From a virus (lineage: Duplodnaviria > Caudoviricetes), in IMG/VR virus record IMGVR_UViG_2706794555_000001, positions 34,702-98,701 of that record: a DNA stretch of 64,000 nt, one strand, 5' to 3'. Numbering within the stretch: position 1 is the first letter of the stretch; each line of letters opens with the position of its first letter. The notes under the pieces were generated by a model. That model saw only the letters and a list, made by a program, of their open reading frames with translations, did no database searches and was not told the origin of the DNA. Both the position numbers and the translations under genes were made by a program. Positions 29,702 to 37,922 of this stretch are shown here, in pieces.

Positions 29702-30158
29702 GCGGTATCCGGGTGGGAGTCCCGGTGAGCGTGATTCGCTCCGCTTGAGAGGCAGCCCCGTCGCCGGATCTCACAGGGGGTCGGACGGTGGACTCCTGTA
29801 CCGCCTTGTTGCTCCCAATTAGGGGTGGCGCGTAGGGAATGGGTTGTCCGGCGGCCCTCGGCTGCGGCCGTAGCACCGGCGGGCGTCAGCTGCCTGGAAG
29901 CTGATCCCTGCCACCCCGCCCTGATAGCCGGTTCGCCCGGCCTTCGGCCCGTCGTCGGCTTCGGCTGACGGCGGGCCGTTCTGCTGTTGGCGGCCGTACG
30001 CTGGGGCCGGGTGGACTGCGGTCGACCCCTTGGCCCGTAGGGGCTTGCGCGGGAGGGGCCTGGCTAGGTTCCGGCCGGAGTCGGCCCCTCCCATCGACCC
30101 GGAGGACAAAGCCCCCGTCGCTCACCCCTTCCCGGGGTGGGCGAGGGGGGCTTCTTTG
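29702..30158 (+). ncRNA. Candidate structured non-coding RNA (family unknown)
   Basis: No convincing ORF; TACAGT -10-like box at 29689-29694; many nested helices including a C(UUCG)G hairpin; ends in a terminator-like hairpin. Confidence 0.5.
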
Positions 30159-30292
30159 TGATGCCCGACACGGAGATACGGGACGCCCGAGGCTGCTCTC
30201 CTTGAACGCGCCCCAGCAGGGGAGGCAGCCTCGGATTGTCAGTGCCGGGTGCGAGACTGCCCGGCACCTACACCAGAAAGGAGGTACCCCCG

Positions 30293-30457
30293 ATGTCGAA
30301 GAAAGTTCAGCAGGTCGTGATCGGGTATGTCGTCGCGCACGTCATCCACATGCTGTTCAACGAGGAGATCGACGCTTTGGCGCGGAGACGCGGCTGGTCG
30401 GCGCAGCAGGTCGAGTTCGCGAAGATAGTGGCCAGCGGTTTGATGCTGGCCGTGTAG
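30293..30457 (+). CDS. Small hydrophobic protein (54 aa) in its own transcription unit
   Basis: Strong AAAGGAGGT RBS; followed by a terminator. Confidence 0.65.
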   Translation: MSKKVQQVVIGYVVAHVIHMLFNEEIDALARRRGWSAQQVEFAKIVASGLMLAV

Positions 30458-30463
30458 TGACTG

Positions 30464-30501
30464 AATCGCCCGGCCCCGGCGCAATCGGGGCCGGGCGATT
30501 C
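30464..30501. terminator. Bidirectional terminator hairpin
   Basis: GAATCGCCCGGCCCCG...CGGGGCCGGGCGATTC between convergent genes. Confidence 0.75.
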
Positions 30502-30518
30502 TGCGTGTCTAGGATGCC

Positions 30519-30863
30519 TCAGCTCTGCTCGCCGCTGCCCCGCGCCGCCTTCTGCCGCGCTTCCTGTATGGCGGGCCACTGTCCCTCGGCCATGGCCTGT
30601 CGCATGACGGGGTGCTGGTTCATGGCGGCGAGCGCGGCGACCTGGGCAGCGCGTAGCTGGTCGAGCATGGCGTTGTCTTCGTCGCTCCAGGTCGCTCGGA
30701 GCAGGGCTTGGTCGGCGTCGTGGATCACACCGGGCGGGTCGGGGAATCGTTCCTTCTGCTCGGCGGTGACGCGGGCCACGTGCTCGTTGAGCTCGGCTGT
30801 GGCCTGGTCGTAGGCGCGCTGGAGCTGGATCAGGTCGTCGGGGATGGGGAGTGCATCGGGCAT
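30519..30863 (-). CDS. Hypothetical protein
   Basis: IPDDLIQLQRA... helical ORF with good codon usage. Confidence 0.65.
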   Translation of the reverse strand: MPDALPIPDDLIQLQRAYDQATAELNEHVARVTAEQKERFPDPPGVIHDADQALLRATWSDEDNAMLDQLRAAQVAALAAMNQHPVMRQAMAEGQWPAIQEARQKAARGSGEQS

Positions 30864-30914
30864 GGCCGCACCCTACGGCGAGGGTCGGACAATCGTGCGG
30901 GAGGCGGGGCCGGG

Positions 30915-31136
30915 CTACTTGTCCACCCAGGTGACGATGGGGCGTCCGCCCGACGGGGTGTTCATCTTGATCTTGCCGTCATCGACAAGCTCACGCAGCG
31001 CCTGCTCGGTCGCTTCCTGGTCGTAGTGCTTGAAGCGACACAGGACAGTGGAGGTCGGATAGGCGATCTCCGTCTTCGCGAACTCCGCCTCGATGGACGC
31101 CAGGACATCGGCCTTGATTTCTTGCGGTGTACTCAT
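30915..31136 (-). CDS. Small hypothetical protein (winged-helix-like)
   Basis: EQALRELVDDGKI motif. Confidence 0.55.
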   Translation of the reverse strand: MSTPQEIKADVLASIEAEFAKTEIAYPTSTVLCRFKHYDQEATEQALRELVDDGKIKMNTPSGGRPIVTWVDK

Positions 31137-31477
31137 GGCAGAACGCTATGCCCCGACGCCCTGGCGTGCGCAGCGAAACGGTCACACACCTACCAGCGCC
31201 CGGCCTCTGTCGCCCTCCGGCTCGTCCGCCCGCTCCCGGGCGCGCGCGGCCTTCCTCAGCCCGAGCGCTTCCTGGTACTGCTCCAGTAGCGCCCCGTACC
31301 GGGCCTGCTGCTCCTCCAGGACGATCCGGCCCCCAGGCAGCGAGCGCACGTAGCTGCGGATCGCCCGGTTCGCTGCCTCGACCAGGCGCTGCGGGTCCAC
31401 GGCGTCGGGGTCCTCGGGGAGATGGTGCACTGATCCATCATCCCAGTTGGCATAGTCCCCGCACCCCGGAGGAGGCG

Positions 31478-31807
31478 TCAGCCCAGCGGCGCGAGATCCC
31501 AGGCTGCGGCATGCCCCGAAGCGATCACGTCGATCCGCTCGGCGAGGTCGAAGTCGGCGGCCGTCAGCACCCCGCCGGCATCGTGCGTCGTGATCGTGAA
31601 TCGCACCCCGTCGAACGTCAGGTTGATGTCGGCGTGGTGGTGGGTGAGGCGCGAAATGTCGGCGACGTGGACAATCAGCGCCACCCCGGCGTGATACCGC
31701 ACCGGCACCAGGCGGGTGATCGTGTCACCGACCCGCTCCCACTGCGGCGGCAGCTGCGCCAGCCGCGCACCGATCTCGTCCTCGGTCAGTGCCACCGGTC
31801 CGCTCAC
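31478..31807 (-). CDS. Pterin-4a-carbinolamine dehydratase family protein
   Basis: HHADI and TTHDAGG.LT..DF.LA.RID motifs. Confidence 0.85.
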   Translation of the reverse strand: MSGPVALTEDEIGARLAQLPPQWERVGDTITRLVPVRYHAGVALIVHVADISRLTHHHADINLTFDGVRFTITTHDAGGVLTAADFDLAERIDVIASGHAAAWDLAPLG

Positions 31808-33066
31808 GACGCTCCCTCAAGTGCTGGTGCGAGGGCCTCCGACAGCTCCCGCCCGACCGGTGCATCCTGCCACGGCCGCATCGCAACCGACAGGGCAGCC
31901 AACTCCCGCCGCATCCTCGCGGATCCGGTCTCGACGGCGATTTGCGCGGCCTGCGCGCCGAGCTCCGCCGCCTGATCCGCTTGCTTCGCCCGGGCGCACA
32001 CGGTGGCATGGCGGGCCATCCAAACGCCGGTGTCGCGCCGGCCGATACTGGCTGCAGGTGCGATGACCTGCTGCCACAGGGCTGCGGCTTCGGTGTAGGC
32101 GCCGAGGCGGCCGTAGCAGGTGGCTCGCTGCACTTCCAGGTAGCCGGGTGTGCGGCGGACGGCGTTGCCCCAGGGCATGTCGTCCTGGACGCGGGCCACC
32201 AGGCGTGAGGCTTGGGTGAGGAGGCGGTCGACTTCGGCGCGGTCGCCGGTCAGTGACGCCCCGTGGGCTTGCTGCTGCAGCGCCATCACGCGGACCTTTG
32301 GGGCGAGCTGCCGCGGATTGGCGAGCGCGGCTTCGCACAGGTCGGTGACGCCGACGCCGTCGCCCAGGTCGGTGCGGACGGAGGCGTGGTTGACCAGGGC
32401 GTAGCCGTACAGCTGCGCGTCGCGGGACCGTGCCGCTATCTCCCCGGTGACGCCGCGCCAGAACGCGGCTGCGGCGAGGTCTCCGGCGTCCTGGTACAGC
32501 CAACCGATCAACGCCGCGTAGGCCGCCCCGGAGCGCAGCAGGGCGCGGCGGGTTTCGCCGGAGGCGACACGGGACAGCTTGTCGATCAGGGCGTACTGCT
32601 CCGACACCGTGCCGATGAGTTCCAGCGGGCCCAGCATCATGTCCGCGCGGTAGTGGCCCTCCAATTGCTGCTGGAAGTACGGAACCAGCTCGGGGTCCAC
32701 GACCCGGGCCGGGATGGGCCCGGCAGTGAGCGCGGCGGCCGTGGCCGTCACGAAGGCGCGGCGGTCCACGTCGTCCTCGGTGGCATCTGAGGGATAGTCC
32801 TTGGGGGGCTTGAACCCGAGACGGGTCAAGGGCTCACCGATCGCGGCCTCGATGGCAGCCTGGTACTCCTCGCGTGGCCAGCCCGGGTCGTTCGACTCCC
32901 ACTTGCGGTAGGTGCGTACCGCGACCTCGAAGGAGGGGTCTTCCAGGACGCGGCGCCCGGCGCGGCTGATCGCGGCGGCGGCGGTCTCCTGGGAGCGCCA
33001 CCCCTGCTTGAGCCGGGCCGCGCGGAGCCGGTTGTTGCCGCCATGTGGTGGATCGTTGCGCGTCAT
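31804..33066 (-). CDS. XRE-HTH / TPR-like transcriptional regulator (Streptomyces type)
   Basis: LRAARL..GWRSQE...RTYRKWES HTH; VDRRAF linker; helical repeat C-terminus. Confidence 0.8.
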   Translation of the reverse strand: MTRNDPPHGGNNRLRAARLKQGWRSQETAAAAISRAGRRVLEDPSFEVAVRTYRKWESNDPGWPREEYQAAIEAAIGEPLTRLGFKPPKDYPSDATEDDVDRRAFVTATAAALTAGPIPARVVDPELVPYFQQQLEGHYRADMMLGPLELIGTVSEQYALIDKLSRVASGETRRALLRSGAAYAALIGWLYQDAGDLAAAAFWRGVTGEIAARSRDAQLYGYALVNHASVRTDLGDGVGVTDLCEAALANPRQLAPKVRVMALQQQAHGASLTGDRAEVDRLLTQASRLVARVQDDMPWGNAVRRTPGYLEVQRATCYGRLGAYTEAAALWQQVIAPAASIGRRDTGVWMARHATVCARAKQADQAAELGAQAAQIAVETGSARMRRELAALSVAMRPWQDAPVGRELSEALAPALEGAS

Positions 33067-33300
33067 GAGGGTCTCCGCAGGGTGATGCCGCTGAGATGAC
33101 GGTGAGATGCCGCTGGCGTACCTCGTGGCCGAAATGGCCTACGCACCATGCTGACGTATGTGAGCACAGGGCGTGACCGAACGGTCTCAAAATCACTGAA
33201 CTGCGCGGAGTTTCCCGGCGAGTCCTTGACCCCGGGGGCGGTTCCACGGTGGCGCGTGTCTCTGGCCGGTTGTCGTATTTCGAGAGCAGCAGGGGGAGCA

Positions 33301-33723
33301 GTGTCACAGCTAGGCCCGTCGTGGCCCACTTGGCTGGGCCCGATGCCGATCCCGACCCGGGGCACGCGCACGGCCCTGATCACGGTCGGCGGTGACCGCC
33401 CGGTGGTCCGCGTCCCCGACGCACTCGGCCTACCTGCCCTGGCGCGCCTGCTGGACGAGGAAGCGGACCGGGGCCTCGTCGGCCCTGTGCTGCATCACCG
33501 GCCGTCGCAGGTGACGTACTGGTGGGTGCGGCCGGGCTCCAGCGGCTCCTACCCGGACGGCTGCCGGCTGCTGGCCACGGACGCGCTGGTCGTCGTCCCG
33601 GATCCGCACGCCGACCACTGCGCGGTCGCGAGCTGGCTGTTCATGCCCGACCGCGAAGTCCTCACCGGCCCGGCGTGGCTTGCCGCCGCGCTGGATGCCG
33701 AGCGTACTTCCACCGCCGCCTGA
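33301..33723 (+). CDS. Hypothetical protein, divergent from the XRE regulator
   Basis: GGGGAG RBS; GPVL....YWWV.PG motif. Confidence 0.6.
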   Translation: MSQLGPSWPTWLGPMPIPTRGTRTALITVGGDRPVVRVPDALGLPALARLLDEEADRGLVGPVLHHRPSQVTYWWVRPGSSGSYPDGCRLLATDALVVVPDPHADHCAVASWLFMPDREVLTGPAWLAAALDAERTSTAA

Positions 33724-33745
33724 CTCTCACCTTGGAGACACCCTC

Positions 33746-33937
33746 ATGCTCGAGACCTCATCCTTCGAGTCCGTCGACACGCAGTGCGAGATGTGCACCG
33801 AGCCGCCGTCCGGCACCGTCGTGCACCGGATAGGAGACGACGGGCCGATCGTCGACCTGGGCCACCTGACCTGCTACGCAGACGCGTTGGAGGCCATGCG
33901 GCGGCGCAGGCGCGAAGCTGCGGGGGCGGTGCGGTGA
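33746..33937 (+). CDS. Small Cys/His protein
   Basis: GGAG RBS; CEMC..H..C. Confidence 0.5.
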   Translation: MLETSSFESVDTQCEMCTEPPSGTVVHRIGDDGPIVDLGHLTCYADALEAMRRRRREAAGAVR

Positions 33938-34176
33938 TCCGCGACTTCCTCGGCAAGGACCGCCCCACGGATTACCCGCGCCCCGTGCAGCACCTGTCCA
34001 CGGGCCTGCCCCCACCACCGCCCGAACCGGTCCCGGGCTGTGCCCAATGCGCTCGGCTCGCCCGGGAGACGACCGCCCGGGCGCCGCGGACCGAGCTGAT
34101 CGACGCCCGCGTGCTACTGCAGCGGCACCTCACCGAGGACCACCAGCCTCCGGCCGGCGAGGGCTGCGAGCAGTGA
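33934..34176 (+). CDS. Small CxxC/His protein; homologue at 54541-54759
   Basis: DFLG.DRP.D.PR...P.PVP.C..C...D.RVLL.RHLTEDH shared with the other copy. Confidence 0.65.
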   Translation: MIRDFLGKDRPTDYPRPVQHLSTGLPPPPPEPVPGCAQCARLARETTARAPRTELIDARVLLQRHLTEDHQPPAGEGCEQ

Positions 34177-34366
34177 CCGTCGCCGACGCCCTTGACGCCC
34201 TCGCCTGGACGCTGGGGCATTGCGGCTGCTGCACGCAGCTCGCCGACGTGACCGCCACGGACGAGCCGGCATGCCGCGGCGAGTACTGCCGGACGTGCCT
34301 GACGGCGATCTGGACCCTGGCGCACGAGCGGCTTGCCGAGACTGAGGGCTGCCGGTGAGGGCGGGC

Positions 34367-34813
34367 TCAGCCGGCTGTGTCGCTGACCCAGGCCTGCCGC
34401 AGCAGCCCGTCGCCGACGATGCGCCGCAGGTATGCGTTGATCTGGTCGCGGAACCGTTCCGTCATGTGGTCGCGGTGGACACGCCACACCAGGTCGCCCG
34501 CGGTCTCGACGGCGAAGCAGAGCTTCCCGTCGGGCAGCAGGTCCGCGTCGACCAACTCGTAGCGGGCGCGGGCGACACCGCGGCCCTCGTTGCGTTCGGG
34601 CGCCACGGCCTCGGTGCTGGCGTCGGGCTGCAGCTGCCACTGGCCCGACTGCATGTGGTACCGCTTCGCCTCGTCGAGGTCGTCGATGAGAGCCTGCGTG
34701 ATCTCGCCGGGCGCGCACCAGGTGACGATGTTGTCGCCGTCGATGGTGACGCGGCATGCCTCGCCCGGCTCCAGGAGTCCTGGCTCGGCGATGCGGTAGA
34801 CGGATGCGGGCAT
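34367..34813 (-). CDS. Hypothetical protein downstream of the repressor, two-fold internal repeat
   Basis: GGGGAGG RBS; two similar halves. Confidence 0.6.
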   Translation of the reverse strand: MPASVYRIAEPGLLEPGEACRVTIDGDNIVTWCAPGEITQALIDDLDEAKRYHMQSGQWQLQPDASTEAVAPERNEGRGVARARYELVDADLLPDGKLCFAVETAGDLVWRVHRDHMTERFRDQINAYLRRIVGDGLLRQAWVSDTAG

Positions 34814-34873
34814 GTCGTCCTCCCCTGTGGCGCGGCGCGGGTCCATCACGATGCCAGGTCTGTGATCCACGGG

Positions 34874-35275
34874 CTAGGGTGCGTCGAGGGCCACGGACGC
34901 GACGGAGTCCGCGACAACCTTGTCAATCTCGTCGTCGCTGAGGCCCTCGATGCTCAGGATGACCTTGACCTTCTGGCCGGGCTTCGTGGGGTGCGGGCGC
35001 ACGATGGCGCGGATGCCCAGCCACTGTTCGATGGCGACGATCGTGACCTCGCGCGGGTCCATGTCCATGCCCGTGGCGAGGGCTTCGAGGCGCATCGGCT
35101 TGGGGATCTCATTGAACGTGTTGTTTTCCAGCTGGTTGATCCAGGAACGGGACAGGGTGCTGTCGCCGTCGGGCAGCACGCACGCCTTGGCGAAGGCGTC
35201 CAGGTTGATCCCGTTGTCGGTGCGGTAGGCGTGGACCAGGTCGGACAGGTTCGTGCGGGGCGGCGGCTGGGCCAT
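34874..35275 (-). CDS. XRE-family repressor (probable immunity repressor)
   Basis: LSDLV..YR...LSRSWINQLEN...P...LEALA.G HTH; near the integrase. Confidence 0.75.
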   Translation of the reverse strand: MAQPPPRTNLSDLVHAYRTDNGINLDAFAKACVLPDGDSTLSRSWINQLENNTFNEIPKPMRLEALATGMDMDPREVTIVAIEQWLGIRAIVRPHPTKPGQKVKVILSIEGLSDDEIDKVVADSVASVALDAP

Positions 35276-35506
35276 GCGTACCTGCCGTTCGGGGCGTCGG
35301 GGTGTGTCCAGGTTTCCGAGACACATGTTCGCTGCTGTTGGGCCATTGCGCCAGCCTTGGCGAAGGCGGGATTTGGAAAATATCCCAAAAATCTAGACAC
35401 AGGGGCAAAGCCCTGTCACGATCCTTACCGTGCCGTAACGGAAGGCACTCAACCGGATCAGCGATCGGGAGCATCATGTCGGACTTATAGGGCAGTTGAA
35501 GCTGTG

Positions 35507-35803
35507 TCAGTCCTGCGGTTCACCCTCCGCCTCCGGGCACTCCTGCTCCTCGGCGAAGCGCGGCCAGTCCTCGGTGTACAGCCAGAACAGCGGCACTCGC
35601 AGGGCACGGGCGATACGGATGTGGAAGCTCAGGCCGAGGTCGCTGGAGCCGGCTTCCATGTGCTGGATCTGGCGGTCGCTGACGCCGGAAAGGTCCCGCA
35701 GTGCCTCTTGCCCGAGTCCGCGCCATTTGCGGAGGCCCGCGATGTTGCGGCCGACGCGCTGGATCTCCTGGCGCACGGACGGGTCGATTTGATCTTTCGG
35801 CAC
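35507..35803 (-). CDS. XRE-family HTH protein
   Basis: VGRNI..LR..RGL.QE.L...SGVS...I..ME.G motif. Confidence 0.75.
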   Translation of the reverse strand: MPKDQIDPSVRQEIQRVGRNIAGLRKWRGLGQEALRDLSGVSDRQIQHMEAGSSDLGLSFHIRIARALRVPLFWLYTEDWPRFAEEQECPEAEGEPQD

Positions 35804-36110
35804 ACAGCAACGCTGGAGGTGGAACCGCTGATAGACCACGAAAAGCTTTTCGGGTTTCTGGATCATGAAAGGGTTCGGCCTCCGCGGTTAGGTGTGCTCG
35901 CGGGCCACCCGCCCCGCTAGCGGTCGCATCCCGGCCCCCGCACCGACACCCCACCAACCCCTGTCGACCAGAGGCGCGCACGCCGCGCTCTGACGTCGCA
36001 GGCCCACAAGCGGGCTGCGGAAGGCGTTACTCGCGAGGTACGCCGCTCCGCCCATATGACGGAGACGCAGTCCAACAGGCCGCCCCCACCTTCCGGCGGG
36101 GGCGGTCGCT

Positions 36111-37082
36111 CTACTTGAGATTGTCACCCGGACTCAGGTTCTTGTGGGCGTTTCTCGCTCTCTCGGCGCCGGCGCTGGCCGCATACCGGGCCAGCATCTG
36201 CCGGGACCGCCAGCCGGTGATCCGCATCAGGTCGTCCTCGTTGCCGCCGTTGACCTTCCACAGGTGCGCGAACGTATGCCTGAACTGGTGCGGGTGGATG
36301 TGCCCGAGGCCGGCCTCTTCGGCCCGGCGCTCCAGCATGGTGCCCACGCCCCAGATCGTGAACGGCGCCTTGCTCTTGACCCCGACCCACAGCGGGGCGT
36401 CCGGCTCCGTGGAGCAGCCGTGCTTGGACAGGGCGCGCAGGTAGCGGTCGACGGCAGTCGCCGCGGTGCGGCCGATGGGCACCGCCCGCTCGCGGTTGCT
36501 CTTCCCCAGCACCCGCAGGACCTGCAGGTCGAGGTCGATGTCGCCGATGCTGCGCGCCGTCAGCTCGGTCAGGCGCACGCCAGTGTCGATGAACAGCATG
36601 ATGATCGCCAGGTCGCGGCGGGACGCGAAGTCCTTCCCGGAGCAGACGGTGATCAGCGCCTTCAGCGCGTTGTCGGAGATGACGGGCACCTCCTTCTCGC
36701 CCGGCGTCGGCGCCCGCATGCTCCGCATCGGGGAGCGGTCGAGCTCCTCCTCGTCGACGAGCCAGTTGAAGAACGTCTTCATCGGCCGGAACCTGACGTT
36801 TGCGGACGACGCGGAGGTGGTTTCGATCTCGTGGGTGATCCACGCCTCCAGATGCTCGCGGTGGACGGCGTCCAGAGTTTCGGGCGCGGGTAGGGCGTCG
36901 GGCTCCGGCGGCTTGTACGTGAGGATGTAGCGGCGCATCCGCTCGCCGGCCGTGCCGTAGACCTTGAGGGTCTGCTCGGCGACGTTGCGCGATTTCAGGG
37001 ACCGCTTCCAGGAGTTGAGGAGGGGTCCGAAGTCGAAGGGGGCCGGCTGGTCGCTGCTGCTGAAACTCACGGCTGTGGTCAT
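36111..37082 (-). CDS. int: Prophage tyrosine integrase
   Basis: TGVR..EL, GK, HPHQFRHTFA, GW.S..ML.RY catalytic motifs; adjacent to the tRNA 3' end. Confidence 0.93.
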   Translation of the reverse strand: MTTAVSFSSSDQPAPFDFGPLLNSWKRSLKSRNVAEQTLKVYGTAGERMRRYILTYKPPEPDALPAPETLDAVHREHLEAWITHEIETTSASSANVRFRPMKTFFNWLVDEEELDRSPMRSMRAPTPGEKEVPVISDNALKALITVCSGKDFASRRDLAIIMLFIDTGVRLTELTARSIGDIDLDLQVLRVLGKSNRERAVPIGRTAATAVDRYLRALSKHGCSTEPDAPLWVGVKSKAPFTIWGVGTMLERRAEEAGLGHIHPHQFRHTFAHLWKVNGGNEDDLMRITGWRSRQMLARYAASAGAERARNAHKNLSPGDNLK

Positions 37083-37196
37083 GTTCGTGAAGGTAGACCA
37101 CTGACCCCGTTGCTCATAGGCACTTGGCGGAAGAGCGATATGCACAGGCCGGGCGGACTATGATGCTCCGCTGCACTGCTGGTCAGACTGGGTTTG

Positions 37197-37269
37197 TGCC
37201 CCCGGCAGGACTCGAACCTGCGGCCAAGTGCTTAGAAGGCACCTGCTCTATCCACTGAGCTACGGGGGC
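37197..37269 (-). tRNA. tRNA-Arg (anticodon UCU); prophage attachment locus
   Basis: Reverse complement GCCCCCGTAGCTCAGTGGATAGAGCAGGTGCCTTCTAAGCACTTGGCCGCAGGTTCGAGTCCTGCCGGGGGCA folds as a cloverleaf; CCA not encoded. Confidence 0.97.
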
Positions 37270-37603
37270 GGGGCGGGACAGACGCCGGGGTGGTGTGCCG
37301 GGCTGGGTCCTGCCGTGGGACAGGATAAGCGCCGGTTGGCTCCGCACCTGGTGTGCCGACGGGGGTGGTGTAGGCCTTAACCCCCGCTTGGGCGGTCTGA
37401 TAATCGCAGGTGGGATCCTTGGGCGCAGCGGTGCGGGAGCCAAGAGGGCGGGCTGTTGTCCACTCGTTACGGCGCTGCTGCCTCAGCCGTTATGGTCGGG
37501 CCGGTTACTGAGCGTGTACGGTCAGGGACCTGCGGGGGAGCTGGCCGCGACCGCCGTGACACACGGGTACGGGCCCCTAAGTACACCCGATCGAGTGAGG
37601 GCC

Positions 37604-37630
37604 TTTTCCACACCCTCCAGGTTGTCCACA
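37604..37630 (+). promoter_or_regulatory. DnaA boxes upstream of ssbB
   Basis: TTGTCCACA at 37622-37630 (Streptomyces consensus), TTTTCCACA at 37604-37612; also TTGTCCACT at 37456-37464. Confidence 0.6.
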
Positions 37631-37715
37631 GATCCGCGGCCACCGCCACCGCAGGGCGGCGTTCTGCTCCAGGCTGGTTCCCGGACAGCAGCTCACGGGA
37701 CAGGGGTACGGCGCG

Positions 37716-37891
37716 ATGAACAGCACGCTGGTGACGGTCGTGGGGCATGTGGCCTCGGATGTGCGGTACGCGACCACCGCGAACGGGGTGCCGGTGGCCA
37801 GCTTTCGGCTGGCGGCCACCGACCGGCGGTTCGACAAGCAGCGGGAGGTGTGGGTGGACGGGGACACCAGCTTCTACACCGTCTGGTCGTG
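37716..37891 (+). pseudogene. ssbB: Single-stranded DNA-binding protein (SsbB-type), 5' part, interrupted by the integrated element
   Basis: VTVVGHVASDV..T.NG.PVASFRLA.T.RRFD....WVDG.TSFYTVWS is the SSB OB-fold N-terminal half; a stop follows two codons past the junction. Confidence 0.9.
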
Positions 37892-37914
37892 CTCCTGAAC
37901 GCCTGACTATAGAA
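37867..37914 (+). other. Left attachment junction, crossover TG at 37890-37891
   Basis: ...GTCTGGTCG-TG-CTCCTGAACGCCTGACTATAGAA; CTGAACGC (37895-37902) is the inverse of GCGTTCAG (63633-63640). Confidence 0.85.
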
Positions 37915-37922
37915 TAGCCCGC

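Larger units (their letters stand above)
1..37196. mobile_element. Prophage (siphovirus-like, temperate), right part; integrated at the 3' end of tRNA-Arg(UCU); left end outside the window
   Basis: Canonical order terS-terL-portal-minor capsid-scaffold-capsid-neck-tail-TMP-tail tip-lysis, then repressors and a tyrosine integrase next to a tRNA 3' end. The exact att core cannot be defined without the other end. Confidence 0.93.

Noticed and set aside
29702-30158. Group II intron, tRNA or tmRNA identity for the structured region
   Set aside because: No domain V motif, no cloverleaf or T-loop consensus, and no interrupted gene; left as an unknown RNA candidate.
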